Source of the DNA: Bowmanella dokdonensis
Lineage (GTDB): Bacteria > Pseudomonadota > Gammaproteobacteria > Enterobacterales > Alteromonadaceae
Direction of reading: 5' to 3'
Length of the DNA: 32,000 nucleotides
Assembly: GCF_017254865.1 (NCBI RefSeq)
Contig: NZ_JAFKCV010000021.1
Location: forward strand, 9,052-41,051
The notes under the pieces are model-generated. The model saw only the letters and a program-made list of their open reading frames with translations. It had not been told where the DNA came from and ran no database searches. This document shows, piece by piece, positions 1-8,317 of this stretch; within the stretch, counting starts at the first letter, position 1, and every line of letters begins with the position of its first letter. Made by a program: the position numbers and the translations under genes.

Positions 1-396
1 GCCATGGTGGATTACAAGGATATTGAGCCCAGACTGAGGGATATTATGGCACTTGGCATGAAAGTCAGCATTGACGATTTTGGCACCGGCTACTCTTCGT
101 TGTCGCATATTGCCGATCTGGCTGCCTCGACCTTGAAGATTGATCGATCCTTTGTCAGCAGGTTGGGAGACAGTAAAGAGTGCGGGCATGTGGTGGACAT
201 GATTTTGAGATTGGGTGACCGGTTCGGCTATGAGGTGGTTGCCGAAGGTATAGAAACCGAAGAACAGCGGCAGTATCTGCTGCAAAAGAATTGCCAATTT
301 GGCCAGGGTTATCTGTTCGCCAAGCCGATGAGCCTGGAGGTACTGTTGGACTGGCTGCCTACACAAACGATATTGTCTTCAGTCAGCAAGCCTTGA
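1..396 (+). CDS. C-terminal fragment of an EAL-domain c-di-GMP phosphodiesterase (5' end outside the window)
   Basis: The frame is open from base 1. The translation contains DDFGTGYSS, KIDRSF, VAEGIETEEQ and QGYLFAKP, the conserved C-terminal EAL motifs. Stop codon at 394-396. Confidence 0.85.
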   Translation, partial: AMVDYKDIEPRLRDIMALGMKVSIDDFGTGYSSLSHIADLAASTLKIDRSFVSRLGDSKECGHVVDMILRLGDRFGYEVVAEGIETEEQRQYLLQKNCQFGQGYLFAKPMSLEVLLDWLPTQTILSSVSKP

Positions 397-412
397 ACAA
401 AAGGCGGTAAGC

Positions 413-2308
413 ATGCGGAGTAGTTCGTTAAGCAGAGCGGCTCTCAGATTGAGGACGGCCGCACTTGCCACTGGGTTGGTGGCGCTGGCACTGGTCTCAG
501 CACGCTTTACCTATCTGGAGCTTTTCGCCCTGCGTCTTAATCACTTCGAAAGTGAGCAGAATCAATTGCTGACCAATGCCATTGTATTTTTCAGTGGGGA
601 GATAGGCTATTCGCGCAACCTGACCAAAGTGCTGAAGCATAGCGAAGCTCTGGAAGAGGCGCTGACCAGCTCTCAGCAAGGGGATTTTCGTCCTGCCTTG
701 GCCGAAAGCTTTGTTCGCTTTGCTCGTGTGACGGAGGTGATCTCTCAGGTGCGCTGGTTGGATCCTGAAGGCAATGAACAGGTCAGAGTCAATGTAACCG
801 CTAACGGCGGCAAAGTCGTTTCGGACGAGGAGTTGCAGAATAAGTCCGGACGTTACTATTTTGAGGAAGCCCGTAAAATTCAGGCCAATGAAGTATATGT
901 TTCCCCCATTGATTTAAATGTGGAACACGGCCAACCGGTCAGACCCTATCAGCCGACCATTCGCACCCTGATGAGAACCGGAACGGATGATAGACTGCGA
1001 CCGGGTTTGCTGGCAATTAACTTCGACCTAACACCCCTGTTTTCCAGACTCAGGGCTTTGCAGACGGATAGCCTGGATATAGAACTGCTTGACCAGCAAG
1101 GGTTCTGGCTAATCGCTGCAGATTCGTCAAAGCAATGGGGACGAGATTTGGGACGCTTGCAAAACAACCTTGAATTCTTCAATCCAGAGCTGTGGAGGCA
1201 ATTGCAAAGCCGGGGGGCCGATTCATTGATAGCCAGGGATCGCCTGTGGAGATACCAGCGTTTTCCAATCGATGCATTGCAAACCTGGGATGGTAAGGAC
1301 AAAGAGTCCTTGTATTTTCTGATAGCGACCAAACCCGGGCTGCTGGGTGAGATTCGCCAGCAGACCCTGTCATCGGTGGCAGTTCTAGGGCTGGGGATTC
1401 TGCTGCTGGGAGGGTTGGCATTGCGACAACTCTATGCGGCCGATCTGAGAGGCTTAAGGCTGAATCAGATCCTACAGCGCGAAAAGCAAGAACTCAAAGA
1501 GGCCTATGAAAGCCTGCACCAGGCGCTTCAGCGCCAGCAGTTGCTGCAGAACGAATTGGTGGAGTCCAGAAAACTGTCCTCACTGGGTATGATGGTGGCC
1601 GGGGTGGCTCATGAACTCAATACACCTAATGGTGGTGCGCTGATGTCGGTTACCAGCGTCCATCAGGCCCTATCCACGCTCGGTCAACAAGTCCGACAGA
1701 GACTGAGTAAAAATGAGCTGCAGCATTTTATGGATTATTCAGAGCAGGGACTGGCACTGGCAGAGAAGAACCTCAATCGGATGAGTAAGCTGATTCATAG
1801 TTTCAAGCGTTTGGCGGTCGATCGCACGGATGAAGATTTGCATGAATTCGCACTGGCCCAACTGGTTGAGGATCTGCTGATCAGCTTAAAGCCGAAGTTG
1901 AAGAAAACGGCCACCAAAGTAGAAACTGATATCGACGCGCAGATCATTCTTATCAGCTATCCAGGCTATCTTTCGCAGGTCTTACAAAACCTGATCGACA
2001 ATGCTATCAGCCATGGTTTTTCCGGACAAAGTGGGGGCAATATCCGCATCTCTGCGACGCAGCAGAACAACAGTGAAGTCCACTTACGGATCAGTGACGA
2101 TGGGGTGGGCATTGATCCGCAAAAGATTGATAAAATTTTTGACCCTTTCTTTACGACTGGGAGACAAGCCGGACATAGTGGTCTAGGTTTGCACTTGGTT
2201 AATCAGTGGGTCGGTCAGTTTCTGCAAGGGTACATAAAACTGGACTCCACGGTCAGTCAGGGTACGACCTTCAATCTCTATATCGCCAAAGTGATAGCCA
2301 AAGACTGA
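413..2308 (+). CDS. Membrane sensor histidine kinase with a periplasmic Cache-like domain and no receiver domain
   Basis: N-terminal TM helix, then a ~280-aa extracytoplasmic region (YYFEEARK, VYVSPIDLNVEHG) and a second TM helix (VAVLGLGILLLGGLAL). A coiled coil follows, then the H-box AGVAHELNTP, N-box QNLIDNAISH and G-boxes DDGVGI and GLGLHLV. It starts 17 nt after the upstream EAL gene. Confidence 0.85.
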   Translation: MRSSSLSRAALRLRTAALATGLVALALVSARFTYLELFALRLNHFESEQNQLLTNAIVFFSGEIGYSRNLTKVLKHSEALEEALTSSQQGDFRPALAESFVRFARVTEVISQVRWLDPEGNEQVRVNVTANGGKVVSDEELQNKSGRYYFEEARKIQANEVYVSPIDLNVEHGQPVRPYQPTIRTLMRTGTDDRLRPGLLAINFDLTPLFSRLRALQTDSLDIELLDQQGFWLIAADSSKQWGRDLGRLQNNLEFFNPELWRQLQSRGADSLIARDRLWRYQRFPIDALQTWDGKDKESLYFLIATKPGLLGEIRQQTLSSVAVLGLGILLLGGLALRQLYAADLRGLRLNQILQREKQELKEAYESLHQALQRQQLLQNELVESRKLSSLGMMVAGVAHELNTPNGGALMSVTSVHQALSTLGQQVRQRLSKNELQHFMDYSEQGLALAEKNLNRMSKLIHSFKRLAVDRTDEDLHEFALAQLVEDLLISLKPKLKKTATKVETDIDAQIILISYPGYLSQVLQNLIDNAISHGFSGQSGGNIRISATQQNNSEVHLRISDDGVGIDPQKIDKIFDPFFTTGRQAGHSGLGLHLVNQWVGQFLQGYIKLDSTVSQGTTFNLYIAKVIAKD

Positions 2309-2337
2309 ACTTTAAATATGCTGGTAGTATTTAAAGT
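2309..2337. repeat. AT-rich perfect inverted repeat (10-bp stem, 9-nt loop) immediately after the kinase stop codon
   Basis: ACTTTAAATA (2309-2318) and TATTTAAAGT (2328-2337) are exact reverse complements. No T-run follows, so it is not a classical terminator. Confidence 0.3.
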
Positions 2338-2414
2338 GTGCGCTAATGTGTGTTCGTCCAGGTCGGTGACCGTCGGCATTCTTGTTGCGTAAGAGATAGT
2401 CGAATTTCTGACAT

Positions 2415-2436
2415 AAAAAAGCCCCGAGAGCGGGGC
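2415..2436 (-). terminator. Rho-independent terminator of the RRM-protein gene
   Basis: GC stem GCCCCG (2421-2426) / CGGGGC (2431-2436) with a 4-nt loop. On the minus strand it is followed by a run of six T (the A-run at 2415-2420 on plus). It lies 60 nt downstream of the minus-strand stop at 2499. Confidence 0.8.
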
Positions 2437-2498
2437 TTATTATCAGCGGTTTGTCGTTACTCTCGTGCCAGGCACCAGAACAACTGAATCTTCTTGAA

Positions 2499-2783
2499 TT
2501 AGAAGCGACCGCGGCTGTTTGAGTGACCACCAGTTCTTGGCTTAGGTGGACGAGCTTCGTTTACCACGAGCGCACGGCCGGAAACATCTTTGCCGTTCAG
2601 ACTTTCGATGGCTGCTTCAGCCTCTGCGCGGTTGTCAAACTCGACAAAACCAAAGCCTTTAGAGCGGTTGGTTTCACGGTCCGTGATGATTTTGGCGGAG
2701 CTTACGGTACCGAACGCAGCAAAAGCAGCTTCCAAATCAGCATCTGTCATTTGATATGACAAGTTTCCTACATAAAGTTTCAT
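2499..2783 (-). CDS. RRM (RNP-1) type RNA-binding protein, 94 aa, with a basic Gly/Arg tail
   Basis: RNP2 motif LYVGNL and RNP1 motif KGFGFVEF at canonical spacing. The C-terminal tail is PPKPRTGGHSNSRGRF. Confidence 0.9.
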   Translation of the reverse strand: MKLYVGNLSYQMTDADLEAAFAAFGTVSSAKIITDRETNRSKGFGFVEFDNRAEAEAAIESLNGKDVSGRALVVNEARPPKPRTGGHSNSRGRF

Positions 2784-2794
2784 TGCACATTTTC

Positions 2795-2840
2795 TCTCGG
2801 CTGTTAAGTATCTACGCCATCATGGGAGCCAACAGCCAGA
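2795..2840 (-). promoter_or_regulatory. Leader hairpin overlapping the weak Shine-Dalgarno of the RRM gene
   Basis: On the minus-strand RNA, UCUGGCUGUU (complement of 2831-2840) pairs with AACAGCC-G-AGA (complement of 2795-2805). That gives 10 bp with one bulge and a 25-nt loop. The 3' arm overlaps the GAGAG upstream of the ATG at 2783. Confidence 0.3.
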
Positions 2841-3001
2841 ATCGCCCGATGTCGTGTGTAGGGCGACCATTGCCCAACACTTGGTTCATTTCTAGTTTGA
2901 GGCAAAGCTTATTTAAGAGCAACAAAGATTTACGCGATTGACTGATTATTTCTTGTGCGATGGGTAAATCATCCTCAAAGCCTGATTCCGGGGGCCCTGG
3001 C

Positions 3002-3652
3002 CTAGATCTCCGATGAGTCTATTATATGGGGCTCATGCCTGGCGTCTTCGTACCACTGGCGCATGGGTTGCAGCGACAGGATACGGTCCTGGTAGTGCTT
3101 GATTTGCGCCGATTGGGCCTCTACGCCATAGGTATTGAATCTGGTCACGACCGGGGCGTACATGGCATCGGCGATACTGAAGTCACCAAACAGAAATGGG
3201 CCGTTGTGCAGGTTAAGGCAATCCTGCCAGATTTGTTGCACCCTGTTTATGTCCTTGTCCAGTTCTGCCGTGCGCTTCACCTCAACCAACTGGCGTCTGC
3301 AGTTCATCGGCATCTGGCTGCGCAGGGCACCAAAGCCACTGTGCATCTCCGCGCTGATACAGCGGGCCATGACCCGGCTGGCCTCATCCACTGGCCAGGC
3401 GTGGACGGAGGGAAAGCGCTCCGCCAGGTATTCCATAATGGCCAGTGAATCCCAGATGACCCGGTCACCATGCTTTAGCAGAGGCACCAGTCCGGCCGGC
3501 GAGTATTCAAGCAACCGGGCTTTGCTGTCGGGCTGATAGAGGGGGATCAGGATTTCCTCAAAGGCGATGTGGTGCATTTTCATCAGCAGCCAGGGTCGCA
3601 ACGACCAGGATGAATAATTTTTGTTGCCAATTACCAGGGTCAGGTCGGCCAT
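3002..3652 (-). CDS. Glutathione S-transferase family protein (216 aa)
   Basis: The thioredoxin-like GST N-domain reads LVIGNKNYSSWSLRPWLLMK ... PAGLVPLL ... WDSLAIMEYLAERFP. I chose the internal ATG at 3652 because AAGGAG lies 7 nt upstream. The longer ORF to 3793 runs through an intergenic palindrome. Confidence 0.85.
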   Translation of the reverse strand: MADLTLVIGNKNYSSWSLRPWLLMKMHHIAFEEILIPLYQPDSKARLLEYSPAGLVPLLKHGDRVIWDSLAIMEYLAERFPSVHAWPVDEASRVMARCISAEMHSGFGALRSQMPMNCRRQLVEVKRTAELDKDINRVQQIWQDCLNLHNGPFLFGDFSIADAMYAPVVTRFNTYGVEAQSAQIKHYQDRILSLQPMRQWYEDARHEPHIIDSSEI

Positions 3653-3696
3653 AGCTCGCTCCTTATCAATAGTGGGACTTCTCATTTTTAGAATGG

Positions 3697-3864
3697 CTAG
3701 AGCACCGATTGGACAAATACTGCTTACCAGAACGTGGCTGAAATTTCCCCAGACTGCCCCAGGCTTTTCAGGATTTAGCACCACCAACCCCATGAAAAAC
3801 CCTGGATTGCCTGGAAAATTTCAGCCTCCGCTGGTAGCCACTATTTATCCAATCGGTGCTCTAG
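3697..3864. repeat. 168-bp imperfect palindrome with perfect 17-bp terminal inverted repeats (MITE/ERIC-like element or structured leader)
   Basis: CTAGAGCACCGATTGGA (3697-3713) is the exact reverse complement of TCCAATCGGTGCTCTAG (3848-3864). The inner arms also pair: GGCTGAAATTTCC 3736-3748 with GGAAAATTTCAGCC 3813-3826, and CCAGG 3759-3763 with CCTGG 3801-3805. TTTTCA also pairs with TGAAAA. Confidence 0.7.
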
Positions 3865-3912
3865 TATCCTACAGCAGCAGTTTGAATGCAGAACATGTTG
3901 TCAGGAAAAATA

Positions 3913-6072
3913 ATGAAAAAACTCTGTACCGCTTTACTGGGATTGGCCGCATTTTGCGCCTCCGCCGATGAGGGCATGTGGCAGCCCCATCAGTTACCAC
4001 AGATGGAAAACCTCTTACAGCAAAAGGGCCTGGAATTGGATGCCGGCAGTATCTCCAAGCTGACCGAATTTCCCATGAACGCCGTTATCAGCCTGGGAGG
4101 TTGTACGGCGTCTTTTGTCTCCCCCCAGGGGCTGGTCGTCACCAACCACCACTGCGCTTACGGCAGTATCCAGTATAACTCCACCCCCGAGCACAACTAT
4201 CTGCAAAACGGCTTTCTGGCCAGCACACTGGAGCAGGAACTGCCCGCTGCGCCCGGTTCACGCATTTATGTGACTGAAGAGGTCAGCCAGGTAACGGATC
4301 GTATGACCGCCGGGCTGACTGAGATGGAAGAGGCTATCGCCAGGTTCGATGCCATCGAAGATCGCAGCAAACAACTGGTGGCCGAATGTGAACAGGATCC
4401 CGGTTATCGTTGCGAGGTATACAGCTTCCACGGTGGGCTGGAATATTTCCTGATCAAATCCCTGGAAATCCGCGATGTGCGGCTGGTTCATGCACCCAGT
4501 ATGTCGGTGGGGAAGTACGGCGGTGATGTAGACAACTGGATGTGGCCCAGACATACCGGGGATTATTCCTTCTACCGGGCCTATGTCAGCAGCGATGGCA
4601 AGCCGGCCGACTTCGATCCGGCCAACCGGCCCTATGTTCCCGCCAGTTTCCTTAAAGTGTCTGCCAAAGGCTTAAGTGAGGGGGATTTCGTGATGGTGGC
4701 CGGTTATCCGGGCAGCACCAACCGCTATCGCACCGCTAAGGAGGTTGAAGATACCTTTACCTACACTTATCCCAAGGCAAGGCAGTACCGCCAGGAGATG
4801 ATTGAGGTTATCGAGCAGACGAGCGCCCCGGGCAGCGACGCCAGGATCAAGTATGAAAGCACCATTGCCAGCCTGGCGAACTATGCCAAGAACTATGGCT
4901 CCATGGTGGAAAGTTATCAGCAGACGGGTTTTCTGGCCCGCAAGCAGGCCTTTGAGAATGCCCTGATGGAATGGCTGAATGAGGACGAAGCCCGCCTGGC
5001 CAGGTTTGGCGGCAGTCTTGATGAACTGGCGCAACTGATCGAGGAAGAAGCCCGCTACCAGCCCAGGGAGTTGGCTATGGGCTATATCAACCGCACTACC
5101 TTGCTGCCGGCGGCCCAGAAGCTCTATCGTCTGGCCCACGAGCGCCAGAAACCCGATATGCAACGCAAGCCCGGCTATCAGGAACGGGACATGAAAAAGT
5201 TCGAGCAGTCCATGCGGCGCATTTCACGTCGCTTTGACAGCGAAGTGGACAAGGCCGTGTTGCTGCACTTTATCAAAAACTATCACGGGTTGGCGGCCGA
5301 TCAGCATGTGGTCCCCTTCGATGACTTTTTCGAACTGGATGAGAGCCTCAATGAAGCACGTCTGCGTCAGATGCTGGACAAGATGTACCGTGAGACCGCT
5401 CTGGATGACGAAGAACAACGTCTGGCCTGGATGAGCGCATCGGTGCAGGACTTCAAAAACAGCAATGATCCCTTTATCCGGTATGCCGTGGCCCTGCATG
5501 ACTGGGAAATGGCCCAGGAGAAACAGGACAAGGCCATCAAGGGACGTTACCTGAGCCTCAGGCCTGCTTATATGCAGGCGGTGATCGCCTACAACCAGAG
5601 TCTGGGTAAGCCTGTATATGCTGATGCCAACAGTACCTTACGGGTCAGCTATGGCAACGTGCGTGGCTACTCCCCCAAAGATGCGGTATGGATGCAGCCG
5701 TTCACCAGTCTCAGAGGATTGCTGCAGAAGGAAACGGGTCAGGAGCCTTTCAATGCTCCGGGCAAACTGCTGGAGCTGGCCAGGCAACAAGAGTATGGCG
5801 CCTATAAACAGGATGCCCTTGACTCGGTGCCGGTGAATTTTCTCAGTACGGTGGATACCACCGGCGGCAACTCCGGCTCGCCCACTTTAAACGGCAAGGC
5901 CGAGCTGGTCGGTCTGCTGTTTGACGGAGTGTATGAAAGCATCATCGGCGACTGGGATTTTGATGACAACCTGAATCGCTCCATCCATGTGGACAGCCGT
6001 TATATGCTGTGGGTCATGGAGAATGTGGACAAGGCGCACAACCTGCTGGAAGAGATGGTGATCGTTAAATGA
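3913..6072 (+). CDS. Secreted S46-family dipeptidyl-peptidase (DPP7/DPP11/DAP BII type)
   Basis: Signal peptide MKKLCTALLGLAAFCASA followed by the family-typical mature N-terminus DEGMWQP. His region VVTNHHC and catalytic Ser motif TTGGNSGSP are present. The ATG at 3913 has AGGA 7 nt upstream. Confidence 0.9.
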   Translation: MKKLCTALLGLAAFCASADEGMWQPHQLPQMENLLQQKGLELDAGSISKLTEFPMNAVISLGGCTASFVSPQGLVVTNHHCAYGSIQYNSTPEHNYLQNGFLASTLEQELPAAPGSRIYVTEEVSQVTDRMTAGLTEMEEAIARFDAIEDRSKQLVAECEQDPGYRCEVYSFHGGLEYFLIKSLEIRDVRLVHAPSMSVGKYGGDVDNWMWPRHTGDYSFYRAYVSSDGKPADFDPANRPYVPASFLKVSAKGLSEGDFVMVAGYPGSTNRYRTAKEVEDTFTYTYPKARQYRQEMIEVIEQTSAPGSDARIKYESTIASLANYAKNYGSMVESYQQTGFLARKQAFENALMEWLNEDEARLARFGGSLDELAQLIEEEARYQPRELAMGYINRTTLLPAAQKLYRLAHERQKPDMQRKPGYQERDMKKFEQSMRRISRRFDSEVDKAVLLHFIKNYHGLAADQHVVPFDDFFELDESLNEARLRQMLDKMYRETALDDEEQRLAWMSASVQDFKNSNDPFIRYAVALHDWEMAQEKQDKAIKGRYLSLRPAYMQAVIAYNQSLGKPVYADANSTLRVSYGNVRGYSPKDAVWMQPFTSLRGLLQKETGQEPFNAPGKLLELARQQEYGAYKQDALDSVPVNFLSTVDTTGGNSGSPTLNGKAELVGLLFDGVYESIIGDWDFDDNLNRSIHVDSRYMLWVMENVDKAHNLLEEMVIVK

Positions 6073-6265
6073 TAGTGCGGCCGCAGGCATCTGATTGGTA
6101 TGAGAGCCCGTCACTAAAGTTGTTACAACTCTGTAAAGAATGGAGTAGTCTAGTCCCATCATAAGGAGACAAACGGACAGGTCTGTGTGATGGCGGTGCG
6201 CAGGGAACGTACCACCTGACAGTCTGGACTGTCGGGCTTCAAAGAAGCATGGGTTGGGGGACAAA

Positions 6266-8311
6266 ATGCAATCCAACGACCAGTACCCATCGGACTTGTC
6301 ACTCTTTATTCAGCGTGCTGCCCAGCCTATGCTGTTACTGCATGGACCAGCGGTCGTGCAGGCCAATGCGGCCCTGCTTGATCTGCTGGAATTCCGCTCT
6401 GTAAAAGAACTGGCCAGCCGGCCACTGTCGGACCTCTGTCAGGCCAACGGCCTGCCGGTGGATCGCCAACTGGCGGATTTTATCGAAAAAGGCCAGGGTG
6501 GGGGGCGATGGGAATGGCTGGGCAATTCGGGTAAACGCCTGCAATGCGAGGTCCAGGCGACCTGCGTGTCCGTCTCAGGCGAACCCCACCTGCATCTTAG
6601 TCTGCGTCACCTGGATGAATACGGCCCTAATGCCGAAGTACAGCTTCAGCTCTACCAGCAGGTCTTCGAATCCTCAATAGAGGCGGTCATTATCACCGAC
6701 ACCGCTCAGCGCATCCTTTATGCCAACCGGGCGTTCTGTGAAGTTACCGGTTATGGCATCACCGAACTGCTGGGCAAGGACATCCGTTTGCTGCGCTCGG
6801 AAAAACACGATGACAGCTTTTTCCACGCCATTGCAACGGAACTGCAGGAAAAGGGGTTCTGGAGCGGCGAGATCTGGGACAGAAACAGCAAGGGCCAGGA
6901 TTTTCTCTGCCATGTCAGGTTGAGCGCCATCGTAGATGAATACAGACAACCCCGTTATTTTGTCGGCGTATATACGGACGTTTCCGGTCAGGACAGCCAG
7001 ATCATGCAGTTGCGGGAAATGGCCTACCATGACGAACTCACCGGCCTGCCAAACCGGGCGCTGCTAATGCAATTGCTGCCCCATCAGATCAGTCAGTGCC
7101 GCCGGGAGAAAGGTCATTTCGGTTTGATGTTTTTGGATCTGGACAAGTTCAAGCCCATTAATGACAAGTATGGCCATGAGGTGGGGGACGAACTGCTCAA
7201 ACAAGTGGCGGAAAGACTCAGGGAAGTCCTGCGTAACAGCGATACGGTGGCAAGGCTTGGCGGCGATGAGTTCGTGGTGCTGGTCAGTAATACTACCGGC
7301 CCCGAGTCTATCGCACGGGTGGCGGAAAAAATTCACGAAGCCCTGGGCGAACCTATTTTAGTCAATGGGCAGCAACTGGATGTGGGCGTCAGTATCGGCA
7401 TTAGTATGTTCCCGCAAAACAGCGAGAATCCCGATACGTTGTTGCATCAGGCCGATATCGCCATGTACCGGGCCAAGAAACGCGGTGAGAACCAGTATGT
7501 GTTTTACTGCGAGGATCTCAATCAGGAACTGGTCAATTACAAACTGATGGAACAGGAGATCAGGGACGGCCTGAAGCGGGGCGAGTTCATACCTTACTAT
7601 CAGCCCCAGGTAGACAGTCGCAGTGGTGAGATAGTGGGAGTGGAGTGCCTGGCCAGATGGCAGCACCGGGAGCGGGGCATTGTGCCGCCGAATAGCTTTA
7701 TTTCAGTGGCCGAACGTTCCGGCCTCATTCAGGAAGTGTTTCTGCAGGTTCTGGGTCAGGCCATCAAGGACATTGGTCAATGGAAGACGATTCGTGAGCG
7801 GGAACTCCAGGTATCGGTGAATATTTCCGGTCACCAGTTCTGTGATCATCAGAATATTACCCAGATGTCGGAGATGCTCAAAGAGTCCGGTATCCGCCCG
7901 GGTAGCCTGAAAACAGAAATTGCCGAACGCTCCTTGATGAGTAACGGCCAGTATTTGCTGGAGCGTCTGAGCTGGGTCAAGACGGCGGGTTTCAGCATTG
8001 CCCTGGATGATTTTGGCAGCGGCTATTCGTCCATTCGTCAGCTCAAGATACTGCCGGTGGATACCCTGAAAATAGACAGATCCTATTTGTCCAGTATGGA
8101 GGATGAGCCCAGGGACAGAATCGTCATCAAGGCCATTATTCAGTTATCCAAAACCCTTGGGATAGGCGTGGTGGCACAAGGGGTGGAACGGGAAGAGCAG
8201 GTGCGCTTTCTGGAGGAAAACGGTTGTCACGTCATGCAGGGCTACCATTTCAGCAGACCCTTGCCCGCCGATGAGTTCGCCCTGTTGCTGGCGGCCCGGC
8301 AATCCGCCTGA
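6266..8311 (+). CDS. PAS-PAS-GGDEF-EAL c-di-GMP signalling protein
   Basis: PAS core AVIITDTAQRILYANRAFCEVTGY. GGDEF at 7259-7273 is preceded by RNSD at I-site spacing. EAL-domain motifs are ECLARW, DDFGSGYSS and KIDRSY, but AQGVE replaces AEGVE. The track ORF starts at a TTG (6254); the ATG at 6266 follows GGGGGA. Confidence 0.9.
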   Translation: MQSNDQYPSDLSLFIQRAAQPMLLLHGPAVVQANAALLDLLEFRSVKELASRPLSDLCQANGLPVDRQLADFIEKGQGGGRWEWLGNSGKRLQCEVQATCVSVSGEPHLHLSLRHLDEYGPNAEVQLQLYQQVFESSIEAVIITDTAQRILYANRAFCEVTGYGITELLGKDIRLLRSEKHDDSFFHAIATELQEKGFWSGEIWDRNSKGQDFLCHVRLSAIVDEYRQPRYFVGVYTDVSGQDSQIMQLREMAYHDELTGLPNRALLMQLLPHQISQCRREKGHFGLMFLDLDKFKPINDKYGHEVGDELLKQVAERLREVLRNSDTVARLGGDEFVVLVSNTTGPESIARVAEKIHEALGEPILVNGQQLDVGVSIGISMFPQNSENPDTLLHQADIAMYRAKKRGENQYVFYCEDLNQELVNYKLMEQEIRDGLKRGEFIPYYQPQVDSRSGEIVGVECLARWQHRERGIVPPNSFISVAERSGLIQEVFLQVLGQAIKDIGQWKTIRERELQVSVNISGHQFCDHQNITQMSEMLKESGIRPGSLKTEIAERSLMSNGQYLLERLSWVKTAGFSIALDDFGSGYSSIRQLKILPVDTLKIDRSYLSSMEDEPRDRIVIKAIIQLSKTLGIGVVAQGVEREEQVRFLEENGCHVMQGYHFSRPLPADEFALLLAARQSA

Positions 8312-8317
8312 GCCCCG

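Noticed and set aside
3653-3793. The N-terminal extension of the GST ORF, and analogous upstream extensions of the cysZ, receptor, agaS, agaP and tatA-like ORFs.
   Set aside because: In each case an internal ATG has a good Shine-Dalgarno and matches the family N-terminus. The GST extension merely reads through the intergenic palindrome. The others overlap the preceding gene or lack a signal-peptide context.
6076-6085. A perfect 10-bp palindrome, TGCGGCCGCA, just after the S46 peptidase stop codon, considered as a possible terminator.
   Set aside because: It has no loop and no following T-run, so it cannot form a productive terminator hairpin. It is probably fortuitous.
6163-6219. A strong AAGGAG followed by a 9-codon mini-ORF (ATG at 6190), considered as a possible leader peptide upstream of the GGDEF-EAL gene.
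   Set aside because: The 21-nt spacing between the SD and the ATG is too long, and nothing indicates attenuation logic. I cannot support it from sequence alone.
6665-6673. A TTCGAATCC T-loop-like motif that might flag a tRNA.
   Set aside because: It lies in frame within the PAS-domain coding sequence. No acceptor, D-arm or anticodon-arm complementarity surrounds it.
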